The translations under genes and the position numbers were made by a program. Below are positions 1 to 14,361 of a DNA stretch of 64,000 nucleotides, piece after piece (positions within the stretch are counted from its first letter, which is position 1; every line of letters starts with the position of its first letter). This DNA comes from the human T2T-CHM13v2.0 reference genome, Homo sapiens. The notes under the pieces are model-generated. The model was not told the origin of the DNA. It worked only from the letters and a program-made list of their open reading frames with translations, and searched no databases. Where the stretch lies: assembly GCF_009914755.1 (NCBI RefSeq), contig NC_060927.1; one strand, given 5' to 3'.

Positions 1-721
<721 letters not shown>

Positions 722-1018
722 TGAGTATTTTGCAAGTGGGTCTTTACTTGCTTGAAAATATAACCTTCCTAAACATTAAAGGGAATGGCCATGACAGAGT
801 GTGGACACCAACACTGGTGGTGTTAGGGAAGCTGAAGTAAGAGGATCTGTGTGTACCACACAGTATTCACTCATTTGTGCATTCAACAAACTTTTGCTGT
901 CTGTGTCTTTTACTAAACACTGAGAACAGCAAGGTTCATGAGACACAAAGCTATCTTCAAGGAGCTTGAAATTTAGTCATTCCCAAATTCATGTACCTAA
1001 CGCAAAGAGAATTTTGCC

Positions 1019-1137
1019 CACTAGAGTATAAACTCCTAAAGGCAGAGCTTTGTCTGTTTTATTCACAGCTGTATCTGCAGAAATTATAACAATGCCTGGC
1101 AGTTAGTAGGTGCCTAAATAAACGCTTGTTGAATGAA
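1019..1137 (+). mobile_element. L2 3' end fragment
   Basis: ctagagtataaactcc...atgcctggca...gtaggtgcc...ttgttgaatgaa L2 terminal motif. Confidence 0.65.
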
Positions 1138-2110
1138 CTATGATGTTAAGCATTTCACAGTGTCTGTCACCAACCCTGAACACTATTTGAGCATCAAGGA
1201 TGCAGAGCTAGGAAGGTAGGGCCTTTATTTTTGAGGGAGCCCAATAAGGCATGGCTCCAGCAGAAGCTGAACAACCACCAATTAGAAGGTGAATGAGAGC
1301 ACTGATTTTCTTCAGGGATGGACATGCTTACAGTGTCCCCAGGCGATACACACTAACATCCAGGAACTACCAGACTGCATGATCTTTCAAGTTCCACTGA
1401 TCCCAAACATCTTTGTTTCTGGGATTCTCATCCTAAAGACAGAAGCAAAGCCACTAAAAAGCAAACCCCCACCCCCTGACAAAAATAAATATGATCCAGT
1501 GGTCGCTGTTAACACTGCAGTTCCTAAGGCAGGCCTTTAGGGAACCTGTGATTGCAAAGTACTGCATGTATACCCAGCCAGACCTGTTCTTATCAATCAA
1601 GTTGAACAGGATACAGTGTTTGTATCTCCACAGACAGCCTGGTGGATGGAACTTCCCTTTTCTTCTGACTCAGTAGGAGCATTAGATTTTATTTTCTGAT
1701 CTGCTCAGGATTAATTTATGACCCTTGCTCTTGGCACCATTGTCAGCATTAAACTAGACCCAAAGGAGAGAAGGGTGTGCTTTGAATTCAACTCTGGTGA
1801 AGCTAGTGCTTGTCTCTAAGGCAGCAGTCCTGCACTCTGACTGCCCGCTGGAGTCACCTGGGAAGCTTTTTAAAAATGCCCAAAATACCACATATGGGTT
1901 CCACTCTAGATTCTGATTTAACCGTACTGTGGTGACTCAGGAAATCTGTACCAGGCTGAGAACCAAGTTGAAAATCACTACTGGTTCAGGGTGAAGGAAA
2001 TAAGCCAATTGACATTAGCCCTGAGGTCAAACTCTAAAGTTATCAAATAATTAGCCTGTGGACTTGGAGGGTGTCAGTTCATTTGTGTTGCTATAAGAGA
2101 ATACCTGAGT

Positions 2111-2699
2111 CATAGGATGGCTGGGTCAAATGGTATTTCTAGTTCTAGATCCTTGAGGAATCGCCACCCTGTCTTCCACAATGGTTGAACTAGAATACCC
2201 AAAGGATTATAAATCATGCTGCTATAAAGACACATGCACACGTATGTTTATTGCGGCACTATTCACCATAGCAAAGACTTGGAACTAACCCAAATGTCCA
2301 TCAATGATAGACTGGATTAAGAAAATGTGGCACATATACACCATGGAATACTAGGCGGCCATAAAAAAGGATGAGTTCATGTCCTTTATAGGGACATGGT
2401 TGAAGCTGGAAACCATCATTCTGAGCAAACTATCGCAAGGACAGAAAACCAAACACCGCATGTTCTTATTCATAGGTGGGAATTGAACAATGAGAACACT
2501 TGGACATAGGTTGGGGAACATCACATACCGGGGCCTGTTGTGGGGTGGGGGGAGGGGGGAGGGATAGCATTAGGAGATATACCTAATGTAAAGGACGAGT
2601 TAATGGGTACAGCACACCAACATGGAACATGTATACATATGTAACAAACCCACACGTTGTGCACATATACCCTGGAACTTAAAGTATATTTAAAAAAAA
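2111..2699 (+). mobile_element. 5'-truncated L1PA (PA3-5-like) with 5' inversion
   Basis: Sense L1 3' end 2195-2699 with poly(A); antisense segment 2111-2193 from the immediately upstream L1 region. TSD agaatacctga(g/a)t at 2098-2110 and 2700-2712. Confidence 0.9.
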
Positions 2700-2865
2700 A
2701 GAATACCTGAATCTGGGTAATTTATAAAGAGGTTTGTCTGGCTCACAGTTCTACAGGTCATACAAGGAGCATGGTGCCAGCATCTGCTTCTGGTGAGGGC
2801 CTTAGATTTCTTCCACTCATACAGGAAGATGAAAGACACTGGCATGTAGAGGTCACATGGCACGA

Positions 2866-3141
2866 GAGAAAGGATCTGGTTCTGTCTCCTAGGCTGGCAT
2901 GCAGTGGCAGGATTGTGGCTCACTGCAGCCTCAACCTCCAGGGCTCAAGCAGTCCTCCTGCCTCAGCCTCTCAAGTAGCTGGACTACAGGTGTATGCCAC
3001 CATGCTGGCTAATTTTTTAATTTTTTGTAGATACAGGGTCTCACTATGTTGCCCAGGTTGGTCTCAAACTCCTGGCCTCAAGTGATCCACCTTGGCCTCC
3101 CAAAGTGTTGGAATTACAGATGTGAGCCACCATGCCCAGCC
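2866..3141 (-). mobile_element. AluJ lacking A-tail
   Basis: AluJ diagnostics (cactgcagcctcaacctcc..ggctcaagc..cctcc, gggtctcactatgttgcccagg). Confidence 0.88.
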
Positions 3142-4334
3142 CAGGTTCTTTTAACAACCAGCTTTTGTGGGAACTAACAGAGTGAGAACACACTCATTAC
3201 CTTGAGGAGGAGCTATTCATAAGGGATCTGTCCCCCTGACCCAAACAAGTCCCACTAGGCCCTACCTCCAACATTGGAGATCACATTTCAACATGAGGTT
3301 TGGAGAGTCAAGTATCTAAACTACAGGAGAAGATGAGGACATTTCTCCGACCTCAAGAGTCTTCAGGGAGAAAGAGTGCCTGTGTTTTAATCCCTACTCC
3401 TTGCTCCCCATCCCAACCTTTCCAGATGTCCCATTTGCTTTTACGCCCTAACTCTAATCAGCCATGTTTGGGGATTGGTTCCTATTCAAACAGGAAGCAC
3501 AGGGAAGCTCCTTGGTTTAGGCAGCCTTCTCAGTTTTGCTCTAGTGCACACATGGCCTGGGTCCCTTCTGCAAGGCTCCTCTGAGCTGACCAGCAGGACT
3601 TGGCTGATGACTCAGGTTTCTGACTCATGGTTGGCACTGCCTGGCTCAACCATCTCTCTTTATTGCTTATCCCCTTCAGACCCCAGATCTCCCTCCTTTT
3701 CTCCCTCACTGCTGGTTCTCTACCCACGATCCTGGGACCTTCTTTTCTGGCTTCCGTCCACTGCTCTCTCAGGTCCTTTGTCAGCATGTTCCATAACCCA
3801 GGCTATTTGCTGTATCCTCTCGGTGTTTGCCCCCGAGACCTGTAGCTCAGTTGACCCACCCACTTACACATACTCATCTATGGCCACTACTTGTTCTCCG
3901 TCAGGTCTGCATTTGCTAAGCAGTTAATTTGTCTGAAATTCAGCCAAAGCTGACTTATGCCTTTCTTTGTGGTCTCCTGGAGTTGAATGAAAGGCATGAA
4001 ATGGTCAGTGAAACCTAGTATGTCAGATGAGATATGCACATGAGAAGTCTTGAACTGTAAAGCAGAACACAAATATGAAGTGTCGATAATAATCAGTGAC
4101 AGTGCCATTTGGGGACAGCATGGTAGCCAGCTAGGAGTACCAGATGAAGGACAGAGACTGATTACAGACATTACAGGTGAGACGTTTGCAAGTCAGGAAA
4201 CTGAAGAGGTGTGAGAGGTCAGGACGAGACGGGCGGATGAGAAGGGAGCAGCACAAAAAGCAGAAGTCACAGTTCCTTACACAACCAGAGGCCCGGAAAT
4301 GAGGAAAAGCTAAAGGACTGTCTTCTGCAAGTCC

Positions 4335-5053
4335 TTTCAGCTCTAATCTCAAAATATATCCAGAATCTGGCCTCTTATTGCCGCCTCCATGGTTACCCCC
4401 TTGATCCAAGCTGACATCAGCTCCTGCCTGGACTGCTGTAGTAGCTCCTACCTGGTCTCTCTGCCTCCACCTTTGCTCCCCAGCAGTCCATTCTCGACCC
4501 ACAGCCTGAGTGATCCTGCCTAAAGGTGAGGTCCGTTACATCTTGCCACTCTGCTTAAAATACCTTCATGTCTTCCTTTCCTCATAATGAAAGCCGAAGT
4601 CCCTTACCATGGCTTACTGGGATCCAATAGACTGAACTCCACTTACTTTTCACATCTCAGCCTCTACAACTTGTCATTTGTCCCGGTCATCCTGGGATTC
4701 TTGCTGTTTCTTGACCCACCAAAGACATTCCTGCCTCACGGCCTTTGCCCCTGCTGCTCCTCTTTCTGCAGATAGCCACATGGCTCACCTTCTTACTTCA
4801 TTCAGGGTCAAGCTCAGGGGTCACCCTGCCCCGGCTTCTCTATTTTATGTAGCACTCTCCAGCCCCATCACGTGCTATCCTTTTCCCAGGCATATTTTAT
4901 GTAACACTGAAATAAAGATATAGTAAATATTTATTAATTTATTGTCTGACTCTTCTACTAAAAGGTAAACTCTGAGAACATAGGAATTTTGTCTGTCTTG
5001 TACCTTGCTTGTACAATGTCTTGTATTGTTGAATTAATCAATGGATGAATAAA
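4335..5053 (+). mobile_element. L2 fragment
   Basis: caaaatatatccagaatctg...ctcctgcctggactgctgtagtagctcctacctggtctc...ttgttgaat terminal motif. Confidence 0.7.
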
Positions 5054-5741
5054 CATATAGGATGACATATTTAAGACTCCAGCTATAAGGCAAGATATTG
5101 ATGAAAGCAAAGAGTTGCCTTAATCTTGAACTTTCTTGCGGTTCTATGGAGAAAATGACCTGTTCCTCAGGGCAGCTGGCTTCAGATTTACAGGTAGAGA
5201 TTATTGCTCCAAGGCAGGAGGGGGCAAGAGAATTCCACCTACCAGGCTCCTGCCCATTCCGGAGCTAGGCTATTCTGGAAAATCCAAGAGCACGTCAAGG
5301 GCCCAATGGGAAAGCTTCAGAGATGAAAACACGCTTACTGAGTTCTCTCTCCAGAGGCTCTTTTTCTCTCGGCTGTGATTTTTAGATCTTCAGTAGAAAT
5401 TTCTCATCGTCTTCCCTCAAGGGAGAGGGAAGTGCCCCAGCTATTGCATTTATGGCAAAGTAAAACAGCTGGGGCAGTAGGTGCTAACTGTAGCTCTGTA
5501 CTTCCTTCTTAGTACTGTGATCCTAGGCAGGTTATTTAAATTTTTCAGAACCTTACCACCTCATCTGTAAATAGGGGATAATGACAGTGACTTTGTCAGG
5601 GATGGCCTAAGGGTGAAATGTGTTTGTACATTTTAAGCACATTTGGCATGATGTTATGTTTGCAAATGTTCAGCTATTGTTAAGATCAGGCGTGCTAGAA
5701 GAAATAGTTCTTGTTCGGGGAAGCTCCTCAGCTCCTAACTG

Positions 5742-5900
5742 CAGAGATTCTCAAACATTAATGTGCATACCTATAACCTGGGACAATCTTGTTAAAATGC
5801 AGATTCTGATTCAGAAAGTTGGGGAAGGGCCTGAAATACTGTATTTCTAACAAGCTGCTAGGTGAAGCCAGTGTCACAGATCAAGCTCTAAGTAGCCAGG
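5742..5900. mobile_element. MER5A hAT-Charlie MITE
   Basis: ttctcaaac...cttgttaaaatgcagattctgattcag...tttctaacaagct. A MIR fragment lies just upstream (~5490-5680). Confidence 0.7.
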
Positions 5901-7391
5901 CCTTATTAAAAAAAAAAAAAAAAAAAAAGGCGGGGGCTGGGGGGGCAGTTGGGGATAAAATGCTGATAAATATATTTCCCGGAAGTCTTAGAGGCTCTAA
6001 TTTCAACCTTAAAGGTAGCCTAAAGTTACTACATCCTAACCCAGAAAAGCTGCAATTTTTCCTAATCACTTGCCTCACTAGGTGCCCCTGAATCTGATTC
6101 CAGCTGTACCCATCATTCCCTACCATTTCAATTTTGCAATGATGCCTCATACAAAAACATTTACCCTGCCCAAGGAGGTTTACTCAGAGCTGAGAGAGAG
6201 AGAGGAGCTTCTCTTTTTTCTTAAACCAGATCCTGGGTTTCCTGTGGCCTTTGGACATATGGCCAGGCGCTTGTTTTCATGGCTGCTTAATGGTTTGTAA
6301 AGCAATTGCTGGAGGAAACATTGCTATGGGCAAGCCAGGCCAGAGGGACAGGACTCGTGAGCCAATGTTATCTTTGCTGGGCACTGGGGCTATTCCTGTT
6401 CCTTTTCTGTCTCCATCCGGCAGTGACAGATGGCCTCCACATGGTTTGGCCTACTGTTTGGCCAGACCTGATCAGATAGTCATCAATCAGCTGCCCCATT
6501 TGGCCCCCCAGAGGGCACCCTGTGGTTCATGGGAGGCAGAAGTTGGAGGTTTCCTTTAGAGCTCATCACATCTCATAGCTATTGTAGTATAGTTTCAAGC
6601 ATGGACAGTTCTTATTCCAGATGTTACTATCCCAGTGTCCATATGTTTCGAGGTGGGATCAGCAGGTTTACATGGTAATGTTAAACTAATTAATCATAAA
6701 CTAATGATTTAACAGCTTTAGGACCCAAAGTGAGTTTTGTACTGGCAAATATATAAGTAATACATATGGTGTTATTAAGCTGGAGAAAGGAGATGAGGCT
6801 GAGCTTTTTCCATTGCTTTGACACAATCTATTTTCTTACTGATACTGAATGTTACTCACAAGGTCTCTGAAAACTGTATTGGAATATCTCCAAATACTAT
6901 TCCTCATGGCTTTGAGATTGAGGAAATAAAAACTTAAGTTAATATAAGCTGCAGGGCACAAGAAAAAGGGAGCAATAAGCAGAGGGGCCGTGTAGAGAGG
7001 AAATCAAGATGCTGGGGCTCTAGTCTCATTCTTCCTCTTTCTTTGAACGTGTCGCTTGACTGATATCACACACATTAGGTAGATATAAGCAATGGCTGGG
7101 TTCCTTTTTTTATTTCCTAACTGTAAAATGAGATTGTTGCATGAACTTGGCTTCTAAAAACTTTAAATAAAGTGGTTTTGTATTCTTGTCTTTAGAAAAG
7201 CAGTTTTGGTCATTAAAACCTGCTTATTCTACTATATGTAAATTGTACTTTACTAAAAATATATATATTTTTTGCTGAAGTCAAAAGAGATGGGGACATT
7301 TGAGTAATTTCAACTTTGATGGAGTGCAACCCAGCTAAATGTATTAAAGATATATTAAAATAATTTTTAAAATTAAAATTAAAAATACCAA

Positions 7392-7515
7392 ATGCCTATA
7401 ATCCCAGTAGTTTGGGAGGCTGAGAAGACAGGATCGCTTGAGCCCAGGAGTTGGAGTTCAGCCTCAGCAACATAGCTAGACTCCATCTATAAGAAAAAGG
7501 AAATTTAAAAAACCA
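7392..7515 (+). mobile_element. FLAM/Alu left monomer
   Basis: gcctataatcccag...ggatcgcttgagcccaggagtt...; flanked by a taaa(a/g)ttaaaaataccaa direct repeat. Confidence 0.8.
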
Positions 7516-7872
7516 AATCTATTAAAGTTAAAAATACCAATAAACCCCTAGCATTATTTATAGTGGGGAAGAAAGAAACTAGAAACCAACAACCTTTGCA
7601 CCTCAATAAAAAGAGTGAATTGATAAAAGTAGGAGGTTGAACATAAGTTCCCTAGCTCCATCAGGTGTTTTGACATCTGATATTTTGATTATTAACTTCA
7701 GTGGGGAGGGAGAGTCTCCTCTGTATAGTTTTAATAACCCTTTTCTCCCTGATTATTTATATTATATATAAATTATATATATAAAATATATATACCAAAA
7801 ATTTTTTTAACTTTTCTATACATAAGAGAATAGAGATGAGAAAAAGACCCTAAAGAAAAGTTCCCACCATCA

Positions 7873-8203
<331 letters not shown>

Positions 8204-11200
8204 TAAGCACTCAATAACTGGTAGTATTTGGGTGTGCTTCCCTCGTATGTATAACGTTTTCTCAGTCGAGGCAATACTGTTTATATTTTGTATTAGCTTT
8301 TTCATTGAGCATTTGATTTTCATTTGACCTGAGTGATTTTGCTGAGTACCGTGGCTCTCAGCTGGTTGTTTGCATGGCCTCCCTCCCTTGACTTTTTGAT
8401 TTGGAAAGTCAAGGTCTCAAGAGCTTGTCGAGAGGACAGGGCCCCTTTAGGGAAAGTGTCCCCGAAGTGGTGGTTATACCTTGCCTCCTGTGATGATCTG
8501 ACAGGTGATCACACCTTTCATGTTCATAGTAATGATTAAAAAGCTGTAGCCCCATTAACTGGAAAGGAATTGAGATCCCTGTGCTCAGGACTTGTTCTTT
8601 GCAGAGATGAAACAGCTCTTTGATGGGCTTCCTCTGCCTCTCTCGAGCTGAAGACAAGTCACGTTGCCCATAGACCACAAAGTGAAGAGCCCCAACACCC
8701 AGCATGGGGAGGAGGCTTCTGTCACCTTTTGTAATACAGTTTGTGATAAGGAGAAGGATCTGTTTCCTTGTATGAGGACAAGATGGCCCCACTTCTGAGC
8801 GCTCTGGATGTGGCTATCACATGCCAAGGTGGTTGAGGCACCCCAAGAAGACTATCTCAAGAGATAAAGACCCTATTTCTCCAATTTAAGGTATGGAAGG
8901 ACATTGTATTGAAAGAGCATGGCTCAGAAAGCACCTTATTGGCTGATTCTGAATCCTCTGATCTCTCTGGGTCAAGGAAAAACTTATAGACAATTCTGGG
9001 CTCCAGACCTTTAACTCCTAGGGAAATAGTGTCTGCAGCAGAGGGTTTGTGGCATGTGGGGCATAGCCTGGTAAGTGGCTAGGGCAGCATTAACAGCTAT
9101 AGTAGGGAATAGTAGGAACCTTGTGTTGTGCTCTCTGTGAAAGACAATGAGACTTCGCTTTTTTTGCCTCTTGTTGGAATCATTGATAGATTTTTCTTTT
9201 TGTTGTACTTTTTACTAATACTTTGATTTGGTATACACCTAACTTTTAGAGTTAATGTCAATCTCCTGGAACTGAATGAGGGAAAAGATATGACATTCTT
9301 TGCACTATTGGTTTTGTGCCAGGCATCTGGCTGGATGCTTTATGTTATCTCATGTAATCCACAGAGAATGTGTCTCATTCAGAGTGGGGGCCTATGACCA
9401 CAAAAGTGTAAAGTTCACCTCAGCTTTTAGGAGTGAAATGAATGGGATTCAAATAATACCTTCTCTTGGCAATGATCTTCTCTTATAATCAGCCCCTGAC
9501 ACATAACTTAAGGTTACCAAAATGATAACTTGCATAAATGATTATTTCTAGAATAAGCAGTATTTCTTTCAGTATACCACATAAGAAATCACAAAGAGAA
9601 AATTTAGCTAAGGTTTTTAATGGAAAGCTATCATTATCTTGTTTTTGTAGCCGGTAGGCGTAAGCCAGGAATCAGGTTGGAAGTGGGAGCCCTTTTGGCA
9701 GGGCTGAAAACTTTGATCAAGATTCTGCCAAGCAGTTCTTTCAGGACAATGACTCTGCTCCATCGATTTCAGTTAATCACAGCATGGGACAAGGCCTCAG
9801 AAGAAGGGGCTCTCCATCCTGTGATCTCCAGTTAAGGACTGCAGGATGAAAAAAAGAATTTTGTGGGTAACAAAAGTGAGGGCAGGGTGTCAATATACAC
9901 GGTTTTTGAGTTATCGAGATTTTGTTGGAATTTAGTTATTTTTCCTGTTTATGACCAAAATGATGGGAGGAAAGGCTTTGGGGGTAGGTAAGATGGGGCA
10001 GATAATGCAACGGACCATGCTGCAGGTGCATTGCCTTCTGCAGGGTAGATTGTGTCTATACCTTGGGCTGTGCCATACTTTGGATAATGATAATAATTTA
10101 ATAACAACAGACTGCATATATAGGGGGGTTTAAATTTAATAAATCAGTTTTGAGGAAAGGATTTAAGAAGATACATATCAAGCTAGAATTATTAGTCAAG
10201 TTATTACCTTCTGGCCAGGGAAACTGGTTAGTCTGAGCATCTCAGATGAGGGGAAGGGGCTAAAGAGGAGAGGGAGAGAAGGGCCTCTGGCCCTTGGTCA
10301 CCTAGAAGCTGAAGGACTCAGGGGTCCATCTCCAGTCTTGGTCCTCACACTACTGGGCAGTGAGCAGAGCCAGCATGAGGTGCTGAGACATGGACAGCAG
10401 GCCTGGGCTACATATACCTCTGGAGTAGGCAGCACTATGCTCCTGGTCTCCTGGAACTGACATTACTTACTCAGAAATGGAATGTCTGCGATCATTAGGT
10501 CGACTCCCTCACAGATGAGGAAACTGAGGCACAGAGAAGTCAAGTCATATCTTAAGTGAATGCCAGAGCTGGGACCAAAACTCATGACTCTTGATTCCTG
10601 GCCCAGTGATTTTAATGCCCTTGACTAATGGGCAGCTCTGCAGATGGAAAGGCATTGAAGGCTGGCAGGGAAGAATGGGAGAGCCAGGCAGATGGAAGAG
10701 AGTGGAGGGGGCAGCTGGTAGGAAATGGGAAAGCTGTAAAGCGCCAAAATATCCATTCCTCTTGGCCATGTCCCAAGGACAAACATAACTCCCAAATGTT
10801 CCTAATAGGGGCATAAACAGTCACCCAGAAGAACCACACAAATGGATTGACCAAAGGCCATGAAAAGTCGTTTATGCTTAATGAGTAAGCACTCCTATTT
10901 ATTCAGACTCCTAATCCAGCTCTTTAACCTCATTCTTTCCTTTTAAGTCATTGGAGACCTTCCTTGCCATTACTCCCTTCTCATTTGTTGTGTGGCTGTC
11001 GTTGTACCTAGGGACAACTGCAGTTTAGAATCTATCTGCCCATTTCTCTCAGGTTCTGGGGCAAAGGAAAATGAAGGAGAAGATGATGAACTTGAGCGAT
11101 GTGACTTGCCTGAAGTGTTTCATATTCTGAAAAGGGGCTATAGAGAAGAACAATGAGCAAATTCATAAGTCAACATTGTATTTATCCCTCTATTATGAGG

Positions 11201-12031
11201 GATACTGCCTCTACTTCTTTTGTGAGGCATAATTATTTGTTAGTTTTAGCAAGACATTTCTCCGCCTGCTGATAAGGAAACAAAAAAAGCATTTACTGTG
11301 CTAGTCTAGAATGTGAACTGTAAGCTGTGGTCTTTTTTTGTTTATTTGCTTTTAGTTTTAATCTATGATCACAGGCTTAGAGGTTGAAGGGGACTGTGGA
11401 GGACTGCCAGCCTCCCCATCCTTTTTCATGCGGGGAGCCTCTTCCCAACAGCCCTGCCAGTGGTTCAGATCCCTTCCCTCTGAATCCCCACAGGGAGTCG
11501 CTTCTACCTCTGTGGAAGCACTTGCTTCATTTTGCCTTAAATTACCGTTATTTGAGGACTTGTCTTAAGTCTCAGCTGTGAGCCCCTGTGGGCAGGGGGT
11601 GGATGGGCAGGAATCCTATCTTATTCCTCTTTGATCTCCTACAGCCCCCAACACAGACCCTGGCCCACTCTCCGTAAATATTTGAATGAGTGACAAGGTG
11701 CTAAGAGTCTACAGAGGCAGCCACAGTTGGACACCTCTAATAGCTAGAAAGTTCTTCCTAAAAGTAAGCAGAAATATGCCTCCCTGTGTGCCATGGGAGG
11801 GAGGAGGATGTAATAGGCAGTGATGACAAAGGGCTGGGTGTCTATAGGGTATATCTGGGGACAGGGTAGTGCCTTGCTCTTACTGCTTTTCTTGCATTCT
11901 ATCTGGCCAGAGTATACAAGGCCTTTCTCCAGGACAGGAAAACCCAAAAACCTAGATAGATCTGGGTAAGGTGGCAGGGGCATGGATTCCAGGATTTGAA
12001 TCCAGTTTGGGAGGACAGCTCTATCAGACAC

Positions 12032-12464
12032 TGTCAATGTCCCACCTATATGGCCTCAGCCTGCCCTGGGGGTCATCTGCAGGTGATTCTCATGCAGACT
12101 GACAGCTTCCTGCATTTATCGGCGGTGATCACTCTCTGACCTCAGAAGTGTGCTTGGTCTGTTTGTGGGTTCGGCTGGAAATGCCAGGAACTTACCCCAG
12201 GAAGGACCTTCAACCAAAGATCAATGGGACTTAGTGCATCAGTAACCCAGATTCCTCACCCCTCAGTGGGACAGCTCAGAGGTGTGTTTTATACTTTCTC
12301 AAAAGGTCTCAATAGGGATTGAACCCCAGTTGCTCATAGAACTTAACACATCCTTTATTCATTTCCCTCCCTTTCACTATGCTTCCTGGGACCATGCCCA
12401 AGTAAACTGTCTCTCCCAAATAATTGTCTCAAGGTCTGCTTTGGGGAGAACCCAAAGTAAGACA
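12032..12464 (+). mobile_element. ERVL solo LTR (LTR16-like)
   Basis: Ends in ctcaaggtctgctttggggagaacccaaagtaagaca; internal cccagattcctcacccctcagtgggacagctc motif typical of LTR16. Confidence 0.65.
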
Positions 12465-14169
12465 ATGACATGAGCAGGAGATTTGAGGGACTTCCCATGC
12501 TATTCTTCCCATAGAAGATAAAACTGTCAAAATCAGTGTGTGCTTTCCCCCTCCCCATTCTTCCTCTCTATTTCTAAGTGCAGAGTGGTTTTTCTGTCAG
12601 TTCCATAAATAGAGTTTAATTTTCAGTAGAATTTGTGTCCTAACTCAGAAAACAAGGCTGAGAATGATTCTTACATCTTTGAGGGATAGTTATTTCCCAT
12701 AACAAGAATCAGTAATGTCCTAGTTCTCTTAGGGAAATGCACTATGTCAGAAAGCTCTCAGGCCAGACTAAAAAGAGAGATGACACATAGGGGTCATTAG
12801 ACATCAGGATGGATTTGTGTGGAAGTTCTTCACTTAACTTTTTAAACTTCCACAGAGACATTTTAAATTAAGAGAGACCCTACCAACCTGGCCCAGGTTT
12901 GGGATGGTGTGCTTAGAGGTCAGGGACAGCTAAGACGAATGCGGACCATGAGGGAAGTGAGAAAGGAAAATAAAGAACCTTCATTAAACCTACTCAGTAT
13001 TAATGAACTACATCTGAGCTAACAGAACCTAGAGAAAATGCTGTTACTGCAGAACATGTATAATCATTTGAGAAGATTTGTAACAAATAACGAAGGTGTG
13101 TGAATAACTTGCCTCCCTGGTCCTCCTTCATGCAGACATTGTGTGATTCGGAAAAGCTCCCTGTGGATGCCACAACCTTACCTGATTGTTTTGACACCTC
13201 AGACAACTAATAGGAGATAGCGGTTAAAAATAGCCATAATCACTACTGTCTTATGTTTGTGGAGTTTTTCTTTTGTCTCGTTCCTTCCTGGAGCATTTTT
13301 CAGTGACCTAATAGGAAACAGCATACATGTTCATGAATTTTTAATTAGCAAGTAAAGATGGGAATGAATGTAAACAAAACAAGTAAACAAAACACAAGAT
13401 GACAGGAGACAATGGATCAAGAGAGCCCCTCCTTGATGCCTTTTGGGGTACCCACAGATGCCTTTTGGGGTCAGGTGGGGAAATCTTCCTAAATCAAGCA
13501 GAGATAAGAAAGGGCTTCACAGACCTTATTATTAGCATGGAAAAGTGTGTGGGTTCAAATGCTGTCTTTATTTAAACCCTGTTTGATGACCAGTGCCTCA
13601 GCTCTTTTGGCAGGGCTGAAGGAGGTAGGAGGAAGGTGGGGACATCTTTGCTAGGTGATAGGAAGATGTGGAATTACTGTGTCTCCTTTGCCCTCTTTGA
13701 TGAGTACTTCTGCCCTGTTTGTTGTATGTAGATGGCAATAGTGTCCTGGGTACAGCTCTCCCCTGAGCAAGAGAGATGTCTCTGCCTCCTTTAGCTTGTG
13801 CCCTCGTCTGAGCCATCACTTCCAAAGAACGCTCTTGAGAGTTATGTGCCATCCCTGGGAATGACCTCATAAGATGGTTGTGAAGATTACATAAAGTAGT
13901 CCATGTAAAGTGACTGCATTAAAGTGCATTAATAGTTGGCACAAAATCTATGCTGGTTCCCCACAATGAAAGTTCCCTGCTATCTACTGAAATTGAATTG
14001 TAGAAAAAGATTTCCCTTGGGCCAAAAACAAATACACTAGTATGGACTGTACCAGCGTCTCTCAGACTTTTGTTTTGGGCAGCTCCCTTCCCCAAATATG
14101 TACCCCACGAAAGTGCTCAGTGGATGTCTTTTGAGCCTGCCCCACTGAGCACTCTCCTTTTCTTTCCAG

Positions 14170-14361
14170 AATGCCTATGTCAACATCAACCGCATCATGT
14201 CCGTGGCTTCCCGCCTCTCTGAGGCCGGTCATTATGCCTCACAACAAATCAAGCAGATCTCCACCCAGCTGGACCAGGAGTGGAAGAGCTTTGCTGCTGC
14301 CCTGGATGAACGCAGCACCATCCTCGCCATGTCTGCTGTGTTCCACCAGAAGGCTGAGCAG
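14170..14361 (+). CDS. KALRN: Kalirin RhoGEF internal coding exon (probably exon 7), spectrin-like repeat region
   Basis: Polypyrimidine tract and ttccag acceptor, CAG|gtaagg donor. 192 nt, phase 0, translating NAYVNINRIMSVASRLSEAGHYASQQIKQISTQLDQEWKSFAAALDERSTILAMSAVFHQKAEQ. Residues match kalirin as recalled and differ from paralog TRIO. Exon number from recall. Confidence 0.96.

Larger units (their letters stand above)
2072..3325 (-). mobile_element. MST-family (MSTB-like) MaLR solo LTR interrupted by L1PA and AluJ
   Basis: ttgctataa..gaatacctga..ctgggtaatttataaag..ggctcacagttct..catctgcttctggtgagg and ..ctccaacattggagatcacatttcaacatgag segments. Confidence 0.8.

Noticed and set aside
5908-5954. 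A21 run followed by a G-rich stretch
   Set aside because: No retroelement body or TSD is associated with it; treated as low-complexity sequence.
11053-11170. Acceptor-like catttctctcag followed by purine-rich, exon-like sequence
   Set aside because: No convincing donor, no kalirin-like peptide, and an early stop; cannot be supported as an exon.
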